Shown: positions 1 through 13,469 of the stretch, piece by piece
How the letters are laid out: each line of letters begins with the position of its first letter
How positions within the stretch are numbered: position 1 is the stretch's first letter
From: Callorhinchus milii
Taxonomy: Eukaryota
Assembly (NCBI RefSeq): GCF_018977255.1
Contig: NW_024704743.1
Location: 91,824,001 to 91,888,000, forward strand
Length of the DNA: 64,000 nucleotides
Direction of reading: 5' to 3'
Made by a program: the position numbers and the translations under genes
Notes under the pieces: model-generated
Told to the model about the DNA's origin: nothing
What the model saw: the letters and a program-made list of their open reading frames with translations, nothing else
Databases searched by the model: none

Positions 1-1473
1 TATCACCCCCACCTTGAAAAAATCTTCCCTTGACCCATCACAGCTATCTAGCTACCAGCCCATCTCAAATCTCCCTTTCCTATCCAAGTTCCTTGAGAGA
101 GCCGTTGCCTCCCAGCTTCGCTCTTTCCTCTCCTCTCGCTCCCTCCATGAAGCTTTCCAATCGGGTTTCCGTGCTGCCCACAGCACAGAAATTGCTCTGA
201 TCAAGGTCACAATCGACATCCTGACCATGTGTAACCTGGGCTCCCTCTGCCTCCTCATCCTCCTCGACCTCTCCACCGCCTTTGACACCGTGGACCACTC
301 AATCCTCCTCCACTGCCTCACCTCCCACCTCAACCTTCAAGGTTCTGTCCTTGACTGGTTCAGGTCCTACCTTTCACACCGCCTCCACTTCGTCGCGGCA
401 AGTGTTTTCTCCTCCAGCCCCTGCACTGTCTCGTGAAGTGTTCCTCAGGGCTCTGTCCTCGGTCCCCTCCTCTTCACCCTCTACATGCTCCCCTTGGTGA
501 TGTCATCCGCATGTATGCGGATGACACCCAACTCTATCTCTCTGCCTCCACCCTGAACTCCAGGACTACTGAGGTCCTGACTGACTGCCTGTCTGAAATC
601 AGTCCTGGCCAACTTTCTCCAACATAACGTCAGCAAGACTGAGGCCCTCCTGATTGGCTCGTGCCTGCGCCTCCGCACCTCGGGGGCTGGCAGCATCAGC
701 CTCCATGGCTGCACACTCAACCTCACTAAGCCAGTCAGGAACCTGGGTGTCTTGTTTGACCCTGAAATGTCCTTTCTCCCCCACATCCAAGCCATGACTG
801 GCACTGCCTACCACCACCTCCACAACATTGCCAGACTCCGCCACTGCCTCACCTCTCAGGCTGCCAAACCCTTATCCATGGATTCGTCACATCAAGGCTG
901 ATTACGGAAACTCCCTCCTCATCGGCCTTCCCAACTCTTCCCTTCACAAGCTGCAGATCATCCAAAACTCTGCAGCTCATGTACTCTCACGCACCAGGCT
1001 CTGCGACCCCATCACTCCCACCCTCCCCGACTCCACTGGCTCCCCATCCCCCAGAGGATCGAGTTCAAGATCCTCATCTTCACCTTTAAGGCCTTGCCCC
1101 CTCCTACCTCTCTGACCTGCTGACTCCCTACCAACCTGCCCGCTCCCTCCGCTCATCAGGCTCCAGCCTGCTCCATGTCTCCCACCCAACTCGCCCTACC
1201 ATCAGCCTCTCCGCCCTTACACTCTGGAATTCCATCCCACAGTCCCTTCACCTCACTTCCTCCCTTGCCTCCTCCAAGACCGTTCTCAAGACACTTCTCT
1301 TTGACTGTGCCTTTGGTCTCCCTCCCACCTCTCTGCCTTCCCTCACCCCTACACCACACCCCCTCCCCCACACACCCTCCCCCATGCTCGGGCCCCGACA
1401 TCTGACTGGTCAGCGTTTTGGGACGTCCTCCCGACGTGAAAGGTGCTCTATAAATGTAATTTTGTTGTTGTTG
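1..1473 (+). mobile_element. L2-clade LINE, 3' part of ORF2 (RT) plus 3' UTR; decayed and cut by the window edge
   Basis: Frameshifted RT motifs YQPISNLPFLSKFLER, QSGFRAAHSTE, LLDLSTAFDTVDH, VPQGSVLGP, MYADDTQLY; pyrimidine-rich 3' UTR; tail gacgtcctcccgacgtgaaaggtgctctataaatg followed by (TTG)n. Confidence 0.95.
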
Positions 1474-3389
1474 CTGTTTGTTATTCACATAGAGTTAAAC
1501 TCAGTCATATTGCTTCATTGTGAGAGAATTTCTACTTTGGACAAGAAATTTAGACATCAAGCTTTCAAAACTTCTGCAAGATTTATTCCAAGGCTCTCTT
1601 TTTAGATTATCTACTTTAGAGCATTTGTGCTTGTGTCTGAATTGTTTGTAGCTTTTTGCTCCTACATTCCGCTTTCTGATAAATTTTGTTTAATTGGCTA
1701 TATCCTGTGGTTTGCTGATAACACTCAGTCTTGCGATAGAGACTAGAATGTGTAGCTATATTAATTATTAATCAAATGATCCCATAAGCATCATGTTTTA
1801 TGAAAAGACATCTGATGCTCCAAAATGGCACAGTTCATAAGAGATCCATCCAATATGAATTGTGTGCCTGCCTACAATTTTGAACAGTTCCAAAACTTTG
1901 CTTGCATGTAAAGATTTCAAGCTATTCTTAATGCACCAAACCGATGCAGTGATAGCCAAACAGATGGACATGGACAGTTTCCAGGTTTCACTTAACCTTG
2001 GAAAAAAACAAGACTGGTACAGACAAAGAAAGACAAAGTTAGTAAAGTAAAATGTAATCTCAAATAAATACAATACTGTGTGGAGGGGAACATTGAAAAC
2101 CATTTTGTTCAGAATTGGCAGAATTTGCATGCCATAATCTGTTTGAGCTGAAGCAAATTCAGCTCAGAAGGGACTGAAATGAATTATGTGTAAAAGGTAA
2201 CCTGGGGGCAGGAGAAATCATTTCACAAATAGCTCATTCTTATTTTGAAGGCACAGAGCAAACAAGTAATGAGTCACCTTCAGCTATATCAATTATCTTG
2301 AAGCACAGTTAATTGTATTAAGGCAGCTAACTTATTCTCCAATATTGTACCTGGTCCTTATGATTATTTAAATCTGTACTTATTTCTATTGCTATTCGTT
2401 CTTCTACACTAGTTTTAGATTACTTGTAAATCGAATGCTTCTGAAACCTTATTTCATTGTAGATTGTTAATATTTGCTGCCGAGACAGAACTTGTATTTT
2501 GGGACATTGCCTGATCAGCAACTTAGATCTACCCTGGAGTCTTCCTTTGAATACAAAGCTTGATAAAAACCTCACAATTTCAAGACCTTACGAATTGCAA
2601 GTAACGTATCCATATGATGATAGACAGTGACATTATCATATCATAAAATATTAATAACTAAATGAACAAATTCTACACTTAGCCCTTATTACTTCAATAT
2701 CTCTTTTCTCTTGGACAGGATGATTGTGTAGATATAATATTCTTTTACATGTCTCTGCTATCCTATGTCAATATATTTCTCATTTTTGTTCCATTAACCA
2801 GTTGTATATGTCGCATGAAAATAAATGCATGAATTAGGATCAACTTGATGAGGTGCATCTCATCTATCTTGTCCTGAGACACAGAGCCTCTTACCACCTT
2901 TCACTGTGGTAATTATTTAACAGATTTTTGTACATCCTGAGAAGTTCTTGGCATTTTCCTGTTACAAATGGGGTTGAAAGAGTGCTCAAATTGCTGGAAG
3001 AAGTGCCTGTATTTTCTGTAGAAAATCTATAGAGAATCCCATGTTTATCATTCCAACTTACGAGTTTTCAGCTTCAAAGAAACTACCGGTTGAACCTGAG
3101 TTGAAATATTGGAATTCCCTGCAGAAAACACAGCTTGTATCTGGAGAATCGTTTCCCAGCAGTTATGTTGTTTGCTTTTTCAGTCCCAATATCTTATTCT
3201 GTGAACTAAACAAACAATTTGCATTAATTCTCACATTGGGAGGACATCTCAAAGCTCTTCACACATCTGGTTGGGCTTGGGGTGGAAGCTGAGGAGAGCG
3301 TAGAGGTGGCCGAAAGTGCAGTTGAAGAGAGGGACAAGGCGGAGGGACTTCAGGATGGATTTCCGAGAGGGGGAAGCGTGTTTGAAGAC

Positions 3390-3840
3390 GTGTTTTGGTC
3401 AGCCGGGTGTCTGAAACATGCAGAAACCCATCACCATTCTTTAAAGTATCCAAACTAAGCTAAGAATTCCATGCATCCCACTTACATATGGAAATTCCAA
3501 AGATAAATTGTTGGAATGAAATGTGCATTCTCTCCCTGGAGGGATGCATTTTACATACCTAATTCCGAGAAGTATTAGGCACAGGCTGGCAAGGCTTGGG
3601 GACCCCAGAGTGTGTGTTGGGGGTACTGCTGGAGTCTGACCAGCTAAATCCGCAAAGCTTGCCAATGGTATTGCTGTCTGGCAAGCTTTCGCACTGCTTG
3701 TCCAGCTAGGACCATCCTGAACATTAGGACTTTGGCTTGCAGGGTTAACAGGAGCTGAATGGGAGGAATCCCTGGCCCTTGTGACGTGTCTGCCCTTCTA
3801 AGTCCTCCCAATGAGCCAAGCTGGCTGTGCTGTCATCAAC
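3390..3840. repeat. Unclassified dispersed repeat, copy 1 of 3
   Basis: Aligns by eye with ~28850-29130 (same orientation; gcaagctt..cactg.ttgtccagct.ggacc) and with the reverse complement of ~43800-44092 (ctccagggagaga.tgcacatt; atggtgatgggtttc). Confidence 0.7.
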
Positions 3841-4068
3841 AATGCCCTGTGGACCTGCCTGTCTCAGGAACCAGATGACCGAGACCACCACAGAGGGCTA
3901 GCTTGATTCCAATATTCCTTTGCCAATCGTGTCACTTTGGAGCCAGTTCTGATCTAACCTTCACCCTGGATTTCATGAAATGGAATTCAGGACTGAAGTG
4001 GCAACAAATGCACTTTGAATATCCCAAACTATGCACTTCCAATAAGGATATGCCATTCTAATGCACAT

Positions 4069-4330
4069 TAATAATAATAATAATCCTTGCCTTTGATATA
4101 GCGCTTTTCATGTCTTCTAGATGTCTCAAGGTGCTTCACAGAATACACTGTAAAGTGAATTGACTGTATATTTGTGGGCGAAACGCGACAGCCAATTACG
4201 TACAGCAGTGTCCCACAAACAGTCATGGATTGTAGTGATCAATTTATTATTCTTTCTTTCTTTTTTTCCTGAGGAATTATTATCAGTTGTGTGGAGTAAG
4301 GAAACTTGCCCAAGGCTATGCTCTGCTGGA
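4069..4330 (-). mobile_element. tRNA-derived Deu-core SINE, family A, short subfamily, 5'-truncated
   Basis: (ATT)n tail, L2-like end, core gtgggacactgctgt.cgtaattggctg on the minus strand. Confidence 0.9.
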
Positions 4331-5199
4331 CATTATTAAACCTCCACCATTAGCAGTAAGCAGAAACCATCCTGGAAGCTTCCTTCAGGGTATGCCAAGC
4401 AGGCAAAACTTGACTTTTTATGTTGGATTGACTGCTCTAATATATTTCCCTCCAACCCATTCCAGAAGATAGTTGCTGGGGTCATGAGGCAATTTGAAAT
4501 AGTGGTATCTGTCGTACTTTATTAGCAGTTCAAATAGGAAAGGAACCATTACCAGTGGAAATTGTACATCCAGCATAAGGGATTTCAGCATCAGCGTTAT
4601 CAAACTTTGATTGCATCAGGATGGTCATTATTAGCAGTATCAATGTTCAAACCATATGAAAGTTGCTCTACAGTTCAGTAATTGGAGTACAACAATGCCG
4701 ATGACAATCTGAAGTGGTGCATGAGAAGATTTGGAGGAAAATTGACATGAAGCAACACCAAAGACGAGTAACTGCAGGCAAAATATATGAACTGCAGTGA
4801 AGGCTACATAATGGTGAAATATTGACCCAAAGAATTCAGACGACCACAATATTCCCCGCAGCCTTCATATTTGACTATTATGACACATTCAAGACTACTT
4901 TTGTAATCAAAGAGCACAGTATAGCTTAAAACATAAAAATATTGCATTCTAAACTTGTTTTTTTCTATCTTTAGAGTGAACGTGTTAATAAATATAACCA
5001 AGAGCTAGGAGGGGGAGAAAAAGAGATTGAAAGTACAACAGATTTTGTTCACTAACAATCAATCTTGAAGCTGTTCTCCAAAATGAAACTGACATTGTTT
5101 TCACAGTTACAGTGACACAAATCTGTTGAATGTATCTGACTAATAGAGTCATAGAACATTTACAACTCAGGAGGCCACTCTGAATATTATGATATTCCT

Positions 5200-5612
5200 C
5201 ACATTTGGCATAGCTCCTTTCATGTCAAGAGACTGTCTTGCTGTCTCAAAGCACTTCCCAGCATGTTCTGTAACGTGTATTTCTTTATAGGCAAACGCAG
5301 CAGCTAATTTACACTTGGCAATATTTACAAACTGCCTTGAAGTGAATGATCCATTTTATTTGGCAGATTGTTGGCCAGGACACCCGAATATATTCTTTTC
5401 AAATAATGCTTTGGGAATGTCCACCTGAATAGGTAGACAGGATCTCATTTTTATATTTCACTTGAAGGATGGCCACTGCAGCAGTGCAGCACACCTCCAG
5501 TGCTTCATTGGAGTATCATCCTTGACTATATGAGTTCAAAGACTCAATGGTAGAGCTCAAATCCACAACCTTCTGATTTAGAAGTAAGAGTGCTACCAAC
5601 TGAGTCAGGCTG
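5200..5612 (-). mobile_element. Older Deu-core SINE, family B
   Basis: Reverse complement has head gactcagttggtagcactctt, core ttcaggtggacattcc..gtgtcctggccaa and an L2-like tail. Confidence 0.75.
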
Positions 5613-6194
5613 ATACCTATTGTACCTACGAAGGCACCAACTCTCCCTACTGGAGCTATCTACTCTAAACTCATCTCTTCTCTTTCCCTATATCCCTTAA
5701 TATTACTTTTCTTCAAGAATGGGGCTGAAAAAATATTCCTTGGATAAGAGACAACGTCACTGTTGCTTGCTGCTGTGAAATGTAGACTGTGTTTTGTACA
5801 AGGAAACCTTTGATTGTCAGATTGACTCATGAGACTTGGGCGCCGAGATCCAGAATTTCAGGATGTCGGCAACGTAGGCAGAGCAGTATTTATTGTCGAC
5901 CCTGACTGCCCTTAGAATGTAGGGGGGAGGGGGATTTTCTTAAAACAACTGTGGTTCTTGTGGCGATGGTGTTGGGCAGGGAGTCCCCGGAGTTTGAAAG
6001 TTGCGATTTAACTTTCTTTTCTGCACAAAAATGTCGGGCTGTGATTTGAACTTTCATCCTCGAGATCTGTATGGGTGTTTGCTACATTAGCTTGCGCCAT
6101 TAACCAACCAGTAGACCATTGGGAAAGCCGGGTTGACTTTCTGCAAACTTAGAATGTGTAACCGGTAATATCTGTTTCATTGTATCAATCTGCT

Positions 6195-6610
6195 TCCGTT
6201 GGTCTTACTTTCATCTCCATGTCAGAAGGTTTGCTTTCAAGCTTTAAACCTGAATCTGAGCTCATAATGTAGGTTGACACCACAGTGCAGTTCTGAGAGA
6301 ATGCTGCATTGTTGGAGTTGACAGCTTTTGGATGAGACATTAAACTGAGTTCCCATCTGCCTGTTCAGGTGTACATTAAAGATACTGCTGCACTATTTTA
6401 AGGAAGCGCAGGGAGTTCTTCTGGTGCCCTGGCTAATATTCTTTCTTCATCCAATTTCATCCAAAGAAAAAACAGATTACGTTTCAGAGGTGAAGCTGGT
6501 ACCAGTTAGTTGTCGTGCCACAGTCGCTACAGTTAAAAGAATCTCATAGTGTGAAACACTTCAAGATAGTCTGATGTTATGTAGCACTATTTCAAATCAA
6601 GTGTTATTAC
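6195..6610 (+). mobile_element. Older Deu-core SINE, family B
   Basis: ggatgagacattaaactgag..ctgttcaggtg.acattaaagat..ggtgccctggctaat core and L2-like tail. Confidence 0.75.
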
Positions 6611-8321
6611 TTATCATGTTTATCTGAAATACATTCTCTTCCATGTCTGCAGATCCTAGTAATAGATAGGGATCTTGATAGAAGAGCTGCAACAATCAAC
6701 TGTTTTCTTGCTCTGTTTTCCCCATCCAGCTAGCATTTGTGCAGCCCCATTATCATTTTCTGCAACCAAGATTGGACTTTAGTGTAATAATTTCTTTAAA
6801 ATCACTTCTGACAGCTTGTGGTTAGTCTCAATTTCCTCCTGTTTTTTGCCTCTAAATATATTCATGAAATCTCTCACAGGCGTGTGCAATTGCCATCACT
6901 TTTCGTTTTCAATCTGCACGTAATTCCGTTGTGTGTTTGTAAGACCATTAGAAGGATAGGTTACAAGATAGTCTTTTTAAAGTAACACCATTGATGAGAA
7001 TAGGCATCAGCAGAAAGTTGAAGCTCTTGCAAGACATCAATGTGTTTCACTTTAATTCAACCCATTGCCAACTGCTTCAATTTGCAAAAGCTTTTTTCTT
7101 GCCATTTTTCCCATCGACAAACTACTTCTTTTTCCAACAAGTCTGAGTGGTACGTTTCCATTGGTGAGATTTGGTGGAAATGTATCTAATTAAGTAACCA
7201 GAAATATTTACTGGGCTTTTATATCAATAGGCCTATCCATATTAGTCATAGTTTCAATTTTCCTCACCTCAGGTTTTTGCCCAAGTTCAGTCAATTGAGT
7301 TCAATTTGAAAGCTAGCTCTGTTTTGTTAATGCTTTTCTCTCAAAATCTCTATAGCACCATTTGATGCCTTCCATTTGGTTTAAATTCATGTTCTCTTCA
7401 TTTAAGTAAACCGCAAGCTATTACCTTTTACATCTTCAAAATATTTGGGTTTTTATTCCCCAATATATCTCTACAGCTGAGGAGATATGAAAAGAAAAAT
7501 TTATTTTAACATATCCTTCTGTATTTCACTGTATTGAAATTATGAAGTTTAGCACTTTCATGATGTGGTGTACCATAGTTTGAATACTGTGATTGAGATT
7601 ACTATGGTGCAATTGTGTCTTCAATAAATCGCAGTCCTTTAAACATCACTTGATAGTTGTCTCAGATAATATGGGCAGCTTCCTCTATAATCGATTTAAC
7701 AGCTTCACCTCCAGCAAGGTGCTGAAGCATTTAAACTGTAATACAAGAGCATTTGTCTTTGTAAAGACATGCTACTCTTGTTATTTTATCAGTTGAATTT
7801 ACCCAGTGACCTCAATGCGCAATTTATTTTATCTTTGAGTTTTGTCTACAGCTCCTATTAATACGTAAAATTGATCCCCAGTATCCATCTAGAAACACCA
7901 TGTTTATTAATTTAATTCAACCCATTGCTTTTTATCTCATTTAATTCCTGTGTCTGTGATGAATGTGGTTTTGACACAGAGGTACATTTGTGCATTCACA
8001 CTTTGCTTTAGTTTGTATGAGATAACAATAGCAGCTTTTTGCAAAAAGTTTTTTTTCTCAATTACAGGAGTTTGCTCCTATGTGAAGTTTAACTACATAT
8101 TACTATTTATGTTACTGTATAAGCGAATACGTGTCATTATTTTTTCTATTTCTAACTGCAGTGTATGGTTATCAATGACACTTATCTTTAAGTTATCGAT
8201 AGCTGACAAATAAGAAGAATTGTGTGAAGCTTTACTGCCAAGGGTTAATGAGAGGTACCTCTCCCTCGCCAATCTTTGCCATACATCACAAAGCTTCAGC
8301 ATGTATGTGAGAAACATACTC

Positions 8322-8640
8322 CCGCTCAGTTATTGGTAGAACTCTTACCTCTAAGTCACAAAGTTGTGGATTCAAGCCGGATGTCAGGATTTTGATCTCA
8401 GAGTCAAAGCTTAGATTCCATTGCTGGGGGGCGGGATTGCATTGTCAGAGGTGCTGTCCTTTGGATGAAACATTAAACCAAGATCCCGTCCACATATTCA
8501 GGTGGTTGTTAAATATCCCATGGTGATATCTAAAAAGAGAAGGTAGCTCGCCTACAAATGCATGAGTCATTACACTTTTAGTATATACTATGAAGTGCCT
8601 TGAGACATCTTTCTCATATGACAGGCACTGTATTAAATGT
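8322..8640 (+). mobile_element. Older Deu-core SINE, family B, internally deleted
   Basis: Head gctcagttattggtagaactcttacctctaagtca..ttcaag, core ggatgaaacattaaacc, tail gtgccttgagacatc. Confidence 0.75.
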
Positions 8641-9919
8641 GAGGCTTATTATTGTTACATAAAAACGAATCATAGAAAAATTTCAAACCTATTGCATTAG
8701 CTCCAATTTGCATCGGAATCTGCATGTTTTCCGCACCAGAATCAGGGATGGGTGAGTCAATGGAACATAATAGTACAGATTGAAAATAACAGTAGGATGA
8801 GTCTGACTGAGATTGCAGCATTTTAGGTTCTCAAGTCAAACCCAGACTTTTTCATTAATCAGATTTAACAACAGCTGAAGCCGTCAAAGGTTAACAGGCA
8901 AGTGAATTAAGGGAGGTACCCACAAAATTGGAATCACTCATTGTCGCTGTTCAAAAGTGTTTCAGCATATTGCTCATTTAAGGTGTGAGTGCAATTCACA
9001 TATCCCACATCTCCCATGACCGAGACTGTGCCTTTGTAACACTTATCTTGTTTCGTACCCCATAGTTCAAAACTTAACACCGAATCCATTTCAATCAATA
9101 CGTAAATCCCATAGTCTTCAGATATACTCCGGTCTTGTTCATAGCTGGCACAGCTGAACCCAAATACTTTTATAGGATAGAGCAATTAATAGACAGAAAT
9201 AATACACTGAGTACAATTACAATGAGCTGGAAAAGGAAATTTTAAGTAACTTACAAATGAAGTCCAGAAACTTATTTGGAGCGTGGAATTCTTGAAAATG
9301 GTAGAGCTGTTTCATAATTTGCAGTCAACTTATATTTATTGTAGGGCTCTTCAACTGGGTAGTGTCTCAGAGCATTGATACTCTACTTAGCGTCTCTGAG
9401 CACAGTGATAGTAATACACTGCTTAATCAAAGTTGTCTCCCAAGTAGCTTGACCTGTAAGAAATGAGCCTTCTCATAGTTTACATGTCTCTCATTACAAC
9501 AACAACAGATTTTAAAAAAATTAGTCAGCCATTGCAATTGCAGCAAAAGTGCTCTTGGACACTACCCTGCATGAAGGGCTCTATATAAATGCAAGTAAAT
9601 GCAAGTTGTTGTTGTTATGCAAACCAACATCCAGTCAAGGACATCTCAACAATCCACCTGGGAACTCCCAATCAGAGACTCTTTGAGACGTGTCTGGCAA
9701 TCCGCTGTATATAACTCCATAGCAGTTGCAGCGTTTTACAATACAACAGTGCAGTGTAAGACGTGAATTTACATGTGAATTTGCCTACAGAAATGGGATA
9801 GCCTCAGGAGGTAAACTCGTCATGTAAAGACACAGGGGAAAATGTTGTTCTGGCCACAGCAGTTAAGCGTGTGCAATCATGGTACAGTATGTGGTTACTG
9901 CACACATTGTTAAAACCAA

Positions 9920-10160
9920 CATCCTTTAGATGAGATTTTAAATTGAGGTTCTGTTTGCCTATTCAGGGGGACATTAAACATTTCCATGATACTATTCTAA
10001 AAGACAAAGGAATTTCTCCTGTTGCCCTGGCCAACAAACCTTTAGATTAAAATTGGTCGTTTGCTTCATATCTGTGTGTCGGATAACTTTATGCAAATTG
10101 GCTGCCACATTATGCCTACAAAATACACAGTCACTACACGTTACAATAAATTCTGTGAAG
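9920..10160 (+). mobile_element. Family B SINE fragment
   Basis: gatgagatt..ttcagggggacattaaa..ccctggccaac..gcaaattggctgcc core. Confidence 0.65.
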
Positions 10161-10254
10161 AATTTATTATATATTACAATTATTATTGGTTTTCACTGAA
10201 TGTGTAGTAACTGCATTCTGCAACCCAATTGCACATAGTAGCTATGAAAACATG

Positions 10255-10455
10255 GTTGCCATTTTGTACACAAAAAGGTCCCACAACGATCCACAAGGTG
10301 AATTGTCATAATATTTATCTACATGATTGTTGGCCAGGACACTGTGAGAGAAACTCCTCACACTTTCAAATCATATTATTAGGATCTTTAACATCCACCT
10401 GAACAGTAAGGTGGTACCTCGGTTTGAAAAATGGTTTTAAACAGTTAACGCCTCA
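10255..10455 (-). mobile_element. Family B SINE fragment
   Basis: ttggccaggacac..ggatctttaacatccacctgaacag is the reverse complement of the core. Confidence 0.65.
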
Positions 10456-11363
10456 TCCATAACACTCAGAAACCAGATTTCCCCCATTTTTGAGAATCAA
10501 ATGGAAAATTTCCGGAGAAGATAAAACTCTCCTCCCCAGTGTTCAGGCAAATTAAGGTCATGGAGAACTCCATTAAACTGGATGTATTTATTGGCTTATT
10601 GGTAAACTGCAGAGCATCACTATTGTAATTACAATTTTAGAGGCCTAAAAATATTGATACTGTCAGGGTCCTTTACAAATAATGCACATTTATTGTTGCC
10701 TCTAAAGTACTTCATCCCACTCGGTGTATAAAGCATGACTATAAAAACAAATCTATTATGGGGCTGTCTCCCAAATGTTAGACTCGCACCAGGGAAGGGA
10801 GAAGCAGTCTATCTCTCATTCCAGTTCCATTATCGATGTCAAGCTGGCAAGATATGGTGTCAGGGAAAATTGCTCTCCAGCCTATTAACTCTTGTCAAAT
10901 CCCTTACAGAAACAAGCAATAGAGACTCCTCATGATGACAATGCTACAGTTAAATTCTTCTTTTCAGTGACCTGATCTATCAAGGATTGCTGTGAAGGAT
11001 GTGATAAGAGCCAGCTGTCAAATGAGCAAATGGATCCTTTCGAAGAAGAAGAAAGACATTGGTCCTAATATTAGTTATATCAAGGTCTAGTATGTGTATT
11101 CAAAATTAACAGGTTGCTAATTGTTATTGTATGCTATTGAAATTATAAGATTGACTACTAAATTTACTGGAACAATTGCATAACACACTGTGAACTCCAA
11201 TGATAGCAAATGCAGTTTTTGCTTTCCGAACTTTAGTGGTCTTCAATGGTAGATGCAAAGATTATACAATATAATTACAATTTACATTTATATACCGACA
11301 TATCTCAAAGTATTCACATAGATAACTGAGCATACGAACCCCACCTGTGCGGGGAAATGGCCA

Positions 11364-11620
11364 AACAACAACAACTTCCATTTATATAGCACCCTTCATT
11401 CAAGGTAGCATCCCAGAGAACTCACAGTGGTGGAATCTGACAACGAGCCAGGGGGAGAAGGAGTGGGAGGTGACCAAAAGCACAATCGAAAAGAAAGGTC
11501 TTTAGGTGGGGAGAGAAGGGGAAAGGTAGAAGGATTGAGAGAGGGAGTTCCAGAATTTTGGAGTGTAGTAGCTGAAGGCACGGTGAAAGGTGTGGTCAAA
11601 GAGGTAAGCCTTAAAATGGG
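11364..11620 (-). mobile_element. L2 LINE 3' fragment
   Basis: (CAA)n followed by catttatatagcaccctt tail; gggagttccaga is the reverse of the LWNSLP-coding motif. Confidence 0.75.
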
Positions 11621-11656
11621 CTATCTTCTTCAATTCAATTGCAATGCTGGTACCGG

Positions 11657-11962
11657 CAGCTCAGTGGTTGGAGCACTAGCCTTGCAAGCGAGACACCTGG
11701 GTTCAATTCCTGGCAGGGCGAAACCTTGGGCAACTTTCCTTACTCCAAACGCCTAATAATAATCCCTCCAAAACAAAACAATAATAAATTGGTTATTTTT
11801 AATCCACGACTGTTTGTGGGACACTGCTGTCCGCAATTGGCTGCCGCGTTTCACCCACAAATATACAGTCAATTCACTTTACATTATATTCTGTGAAGCG
11901 TTTTGAGACGTCTAGAAGACGTGATAAGGCACTATATCAAATGCAAGGATTATTATTATTAT
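11657..11962 (+). mobile_element. Family A SINE, short subfamily, near full length
   Basis: Pol III A box agctcagtgg, B box ggttcaattcc, Deu core, tail ..aaggattattattatt. Confidence 0.9.
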
Positions 11963-12111
11963 TTAACCACATTTTTGGGCCCTGAAAAAAGCTAATAAAT
12001 ACTGAGAACTAGCCACGTAATTATAGACATAGCCAGCAATTCCGGTTTGCGGACCAGATTTCCCTCTCACTGATCCAGCCAGCCAGGGTTTCCATGTACA
12101 GGGTATGGTAT

Positions 12112-13108
12112 ACTAAGCTCGTAGGTATAGTAAATAGTGAGTAGGATCACAAAAATCTGCAGGGGTAGTTAAATAGATTAGAGCATTGGGCAGATCAGAG
12201 GCAGATGAAATTTAATGAAGTGAGATGTAAGATGATTTATTTCAGCGAAGAAAATGAGGGGAGTATATATATTGAATGACAGTAAGGAACAGTGGAGCAA
12301 AAGGACTTGGGGGTTCAGGTGCAAAAGTCCTTCAGATGGGCAGCGCAAGTGGAAAAGGCCATAATAAAGCTTGTGGTATTCTGAGTTTTATACATAAGGG
12401 CATAGAGTACAAAAGTAAAGCAATAATGCTAAGTTTGTACAAATCATTGGATAGGCCACAGCTGGAGTACTGGGTTCAGTTTTGAGTACCTCAATTCAGG
12501 AACCATTTAAGTCCTTGGAGGGGTGCTGTGGAGATTTACAAGAATTATATCAGGATGAGAGGCTATAGATATTACTAATGATGGGACATCTTCCCGAAGT
12601 GAAAGCCTCTATAGAATTGTAATTTGTTGTTGTAGTTATGAGGAGACACTGGAAAATTTCAGTGGAGCAGAAAAGGTTGAGAGAGGACCTGATAGATGTG
12701 TGCAAAAGTATAATCAGTATTGACAGGATAAATAGGGAGGTTATTTCCACTGATAGAGGAGTCAGTGACTAGAGGATCTAGTTTATAATAATAATAATAA
12801 TCCATGCATTTAATAAAGTGCCTTATTACATCACTGAGACATCTCAAAGTTATAAGATAGTCACAAGAAGCTTATGAGATTTTTATGACTCAGAAAGTTG
12901 GGATGTAGAATGCCCTGCCAGGTATAGTGATAGAGTCAAAGTCCATTGTGGGTTTCAAGAGGAAAGTAGAGTGGTACATGAAAATTAGAGGCTTCAAGCA
13001 GTTTGGGGATATAGTAGAACTGTGGGATTGAATGAATCACTGGCTCTCAGAGCTGGTGCAGACTCAATGGACTGAATGCACTGTAAATTTCTATGATTGT
13101 ATGATTTT
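12112..13108 (+). mobile_element. CR1-clade LINE 3' fragment with nested short L2/SINE tails (~12570-12635, ~12785-12850)
   Basis: Decayed TKL.G.V.SE, WA...QMKFN, DLGV and LYKSLDRPQLEYWVQF motifs; CR1-type tail ttctatgattgtatgatt. Confidence 0.85.
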
Positions 13109-13234
13109 AATGCTCGTCCTACAGTGGTGGGGCTGATCGGGCAGGGCTGATCAGATATTCTCTGAGGGCAGTAGGGTTGGTCATAGTCCTGGTAGCTCAC
13201 ACAGACAGAGTGGGGTGTGGCTTTGGAGGGACTC

Positions 13235-13469
13235 ATGCTGATTTTAGACCCCTAAATGTTTGATTTTAGAAACTGAATGCTGATTTCAAACCCTTGAATG
13301 CTGATTTTATACGTTCAAACGCCATTTTACAATACAATACCAAATTACATTTGTATAGCGCCTTTCACGTCAGGAGGATATCCCAAGGTGCTGGACAGTC
13401 AGGGATTTAGACCCCTGAATGCTGATGTTCATCTCTTGAATGCTGATTTTAAACCCCTTGAAAGCTGAC
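13235..13469. repeat. ~21-bp minisatellite interrupted by an L2 3' tail
   Basis: Repeated unit like gaatgctgattttagacccct on both sides of a minus-strand L2 tail at ~13331-13403. Confidence 0.8.

Noticed and set aside
9010..9045. Kringle domain suggested by CYKGTVSV
   Set aside because: The remaining kringle Cys/Trp pattern (CQ.W, NYCRNPD) is absent
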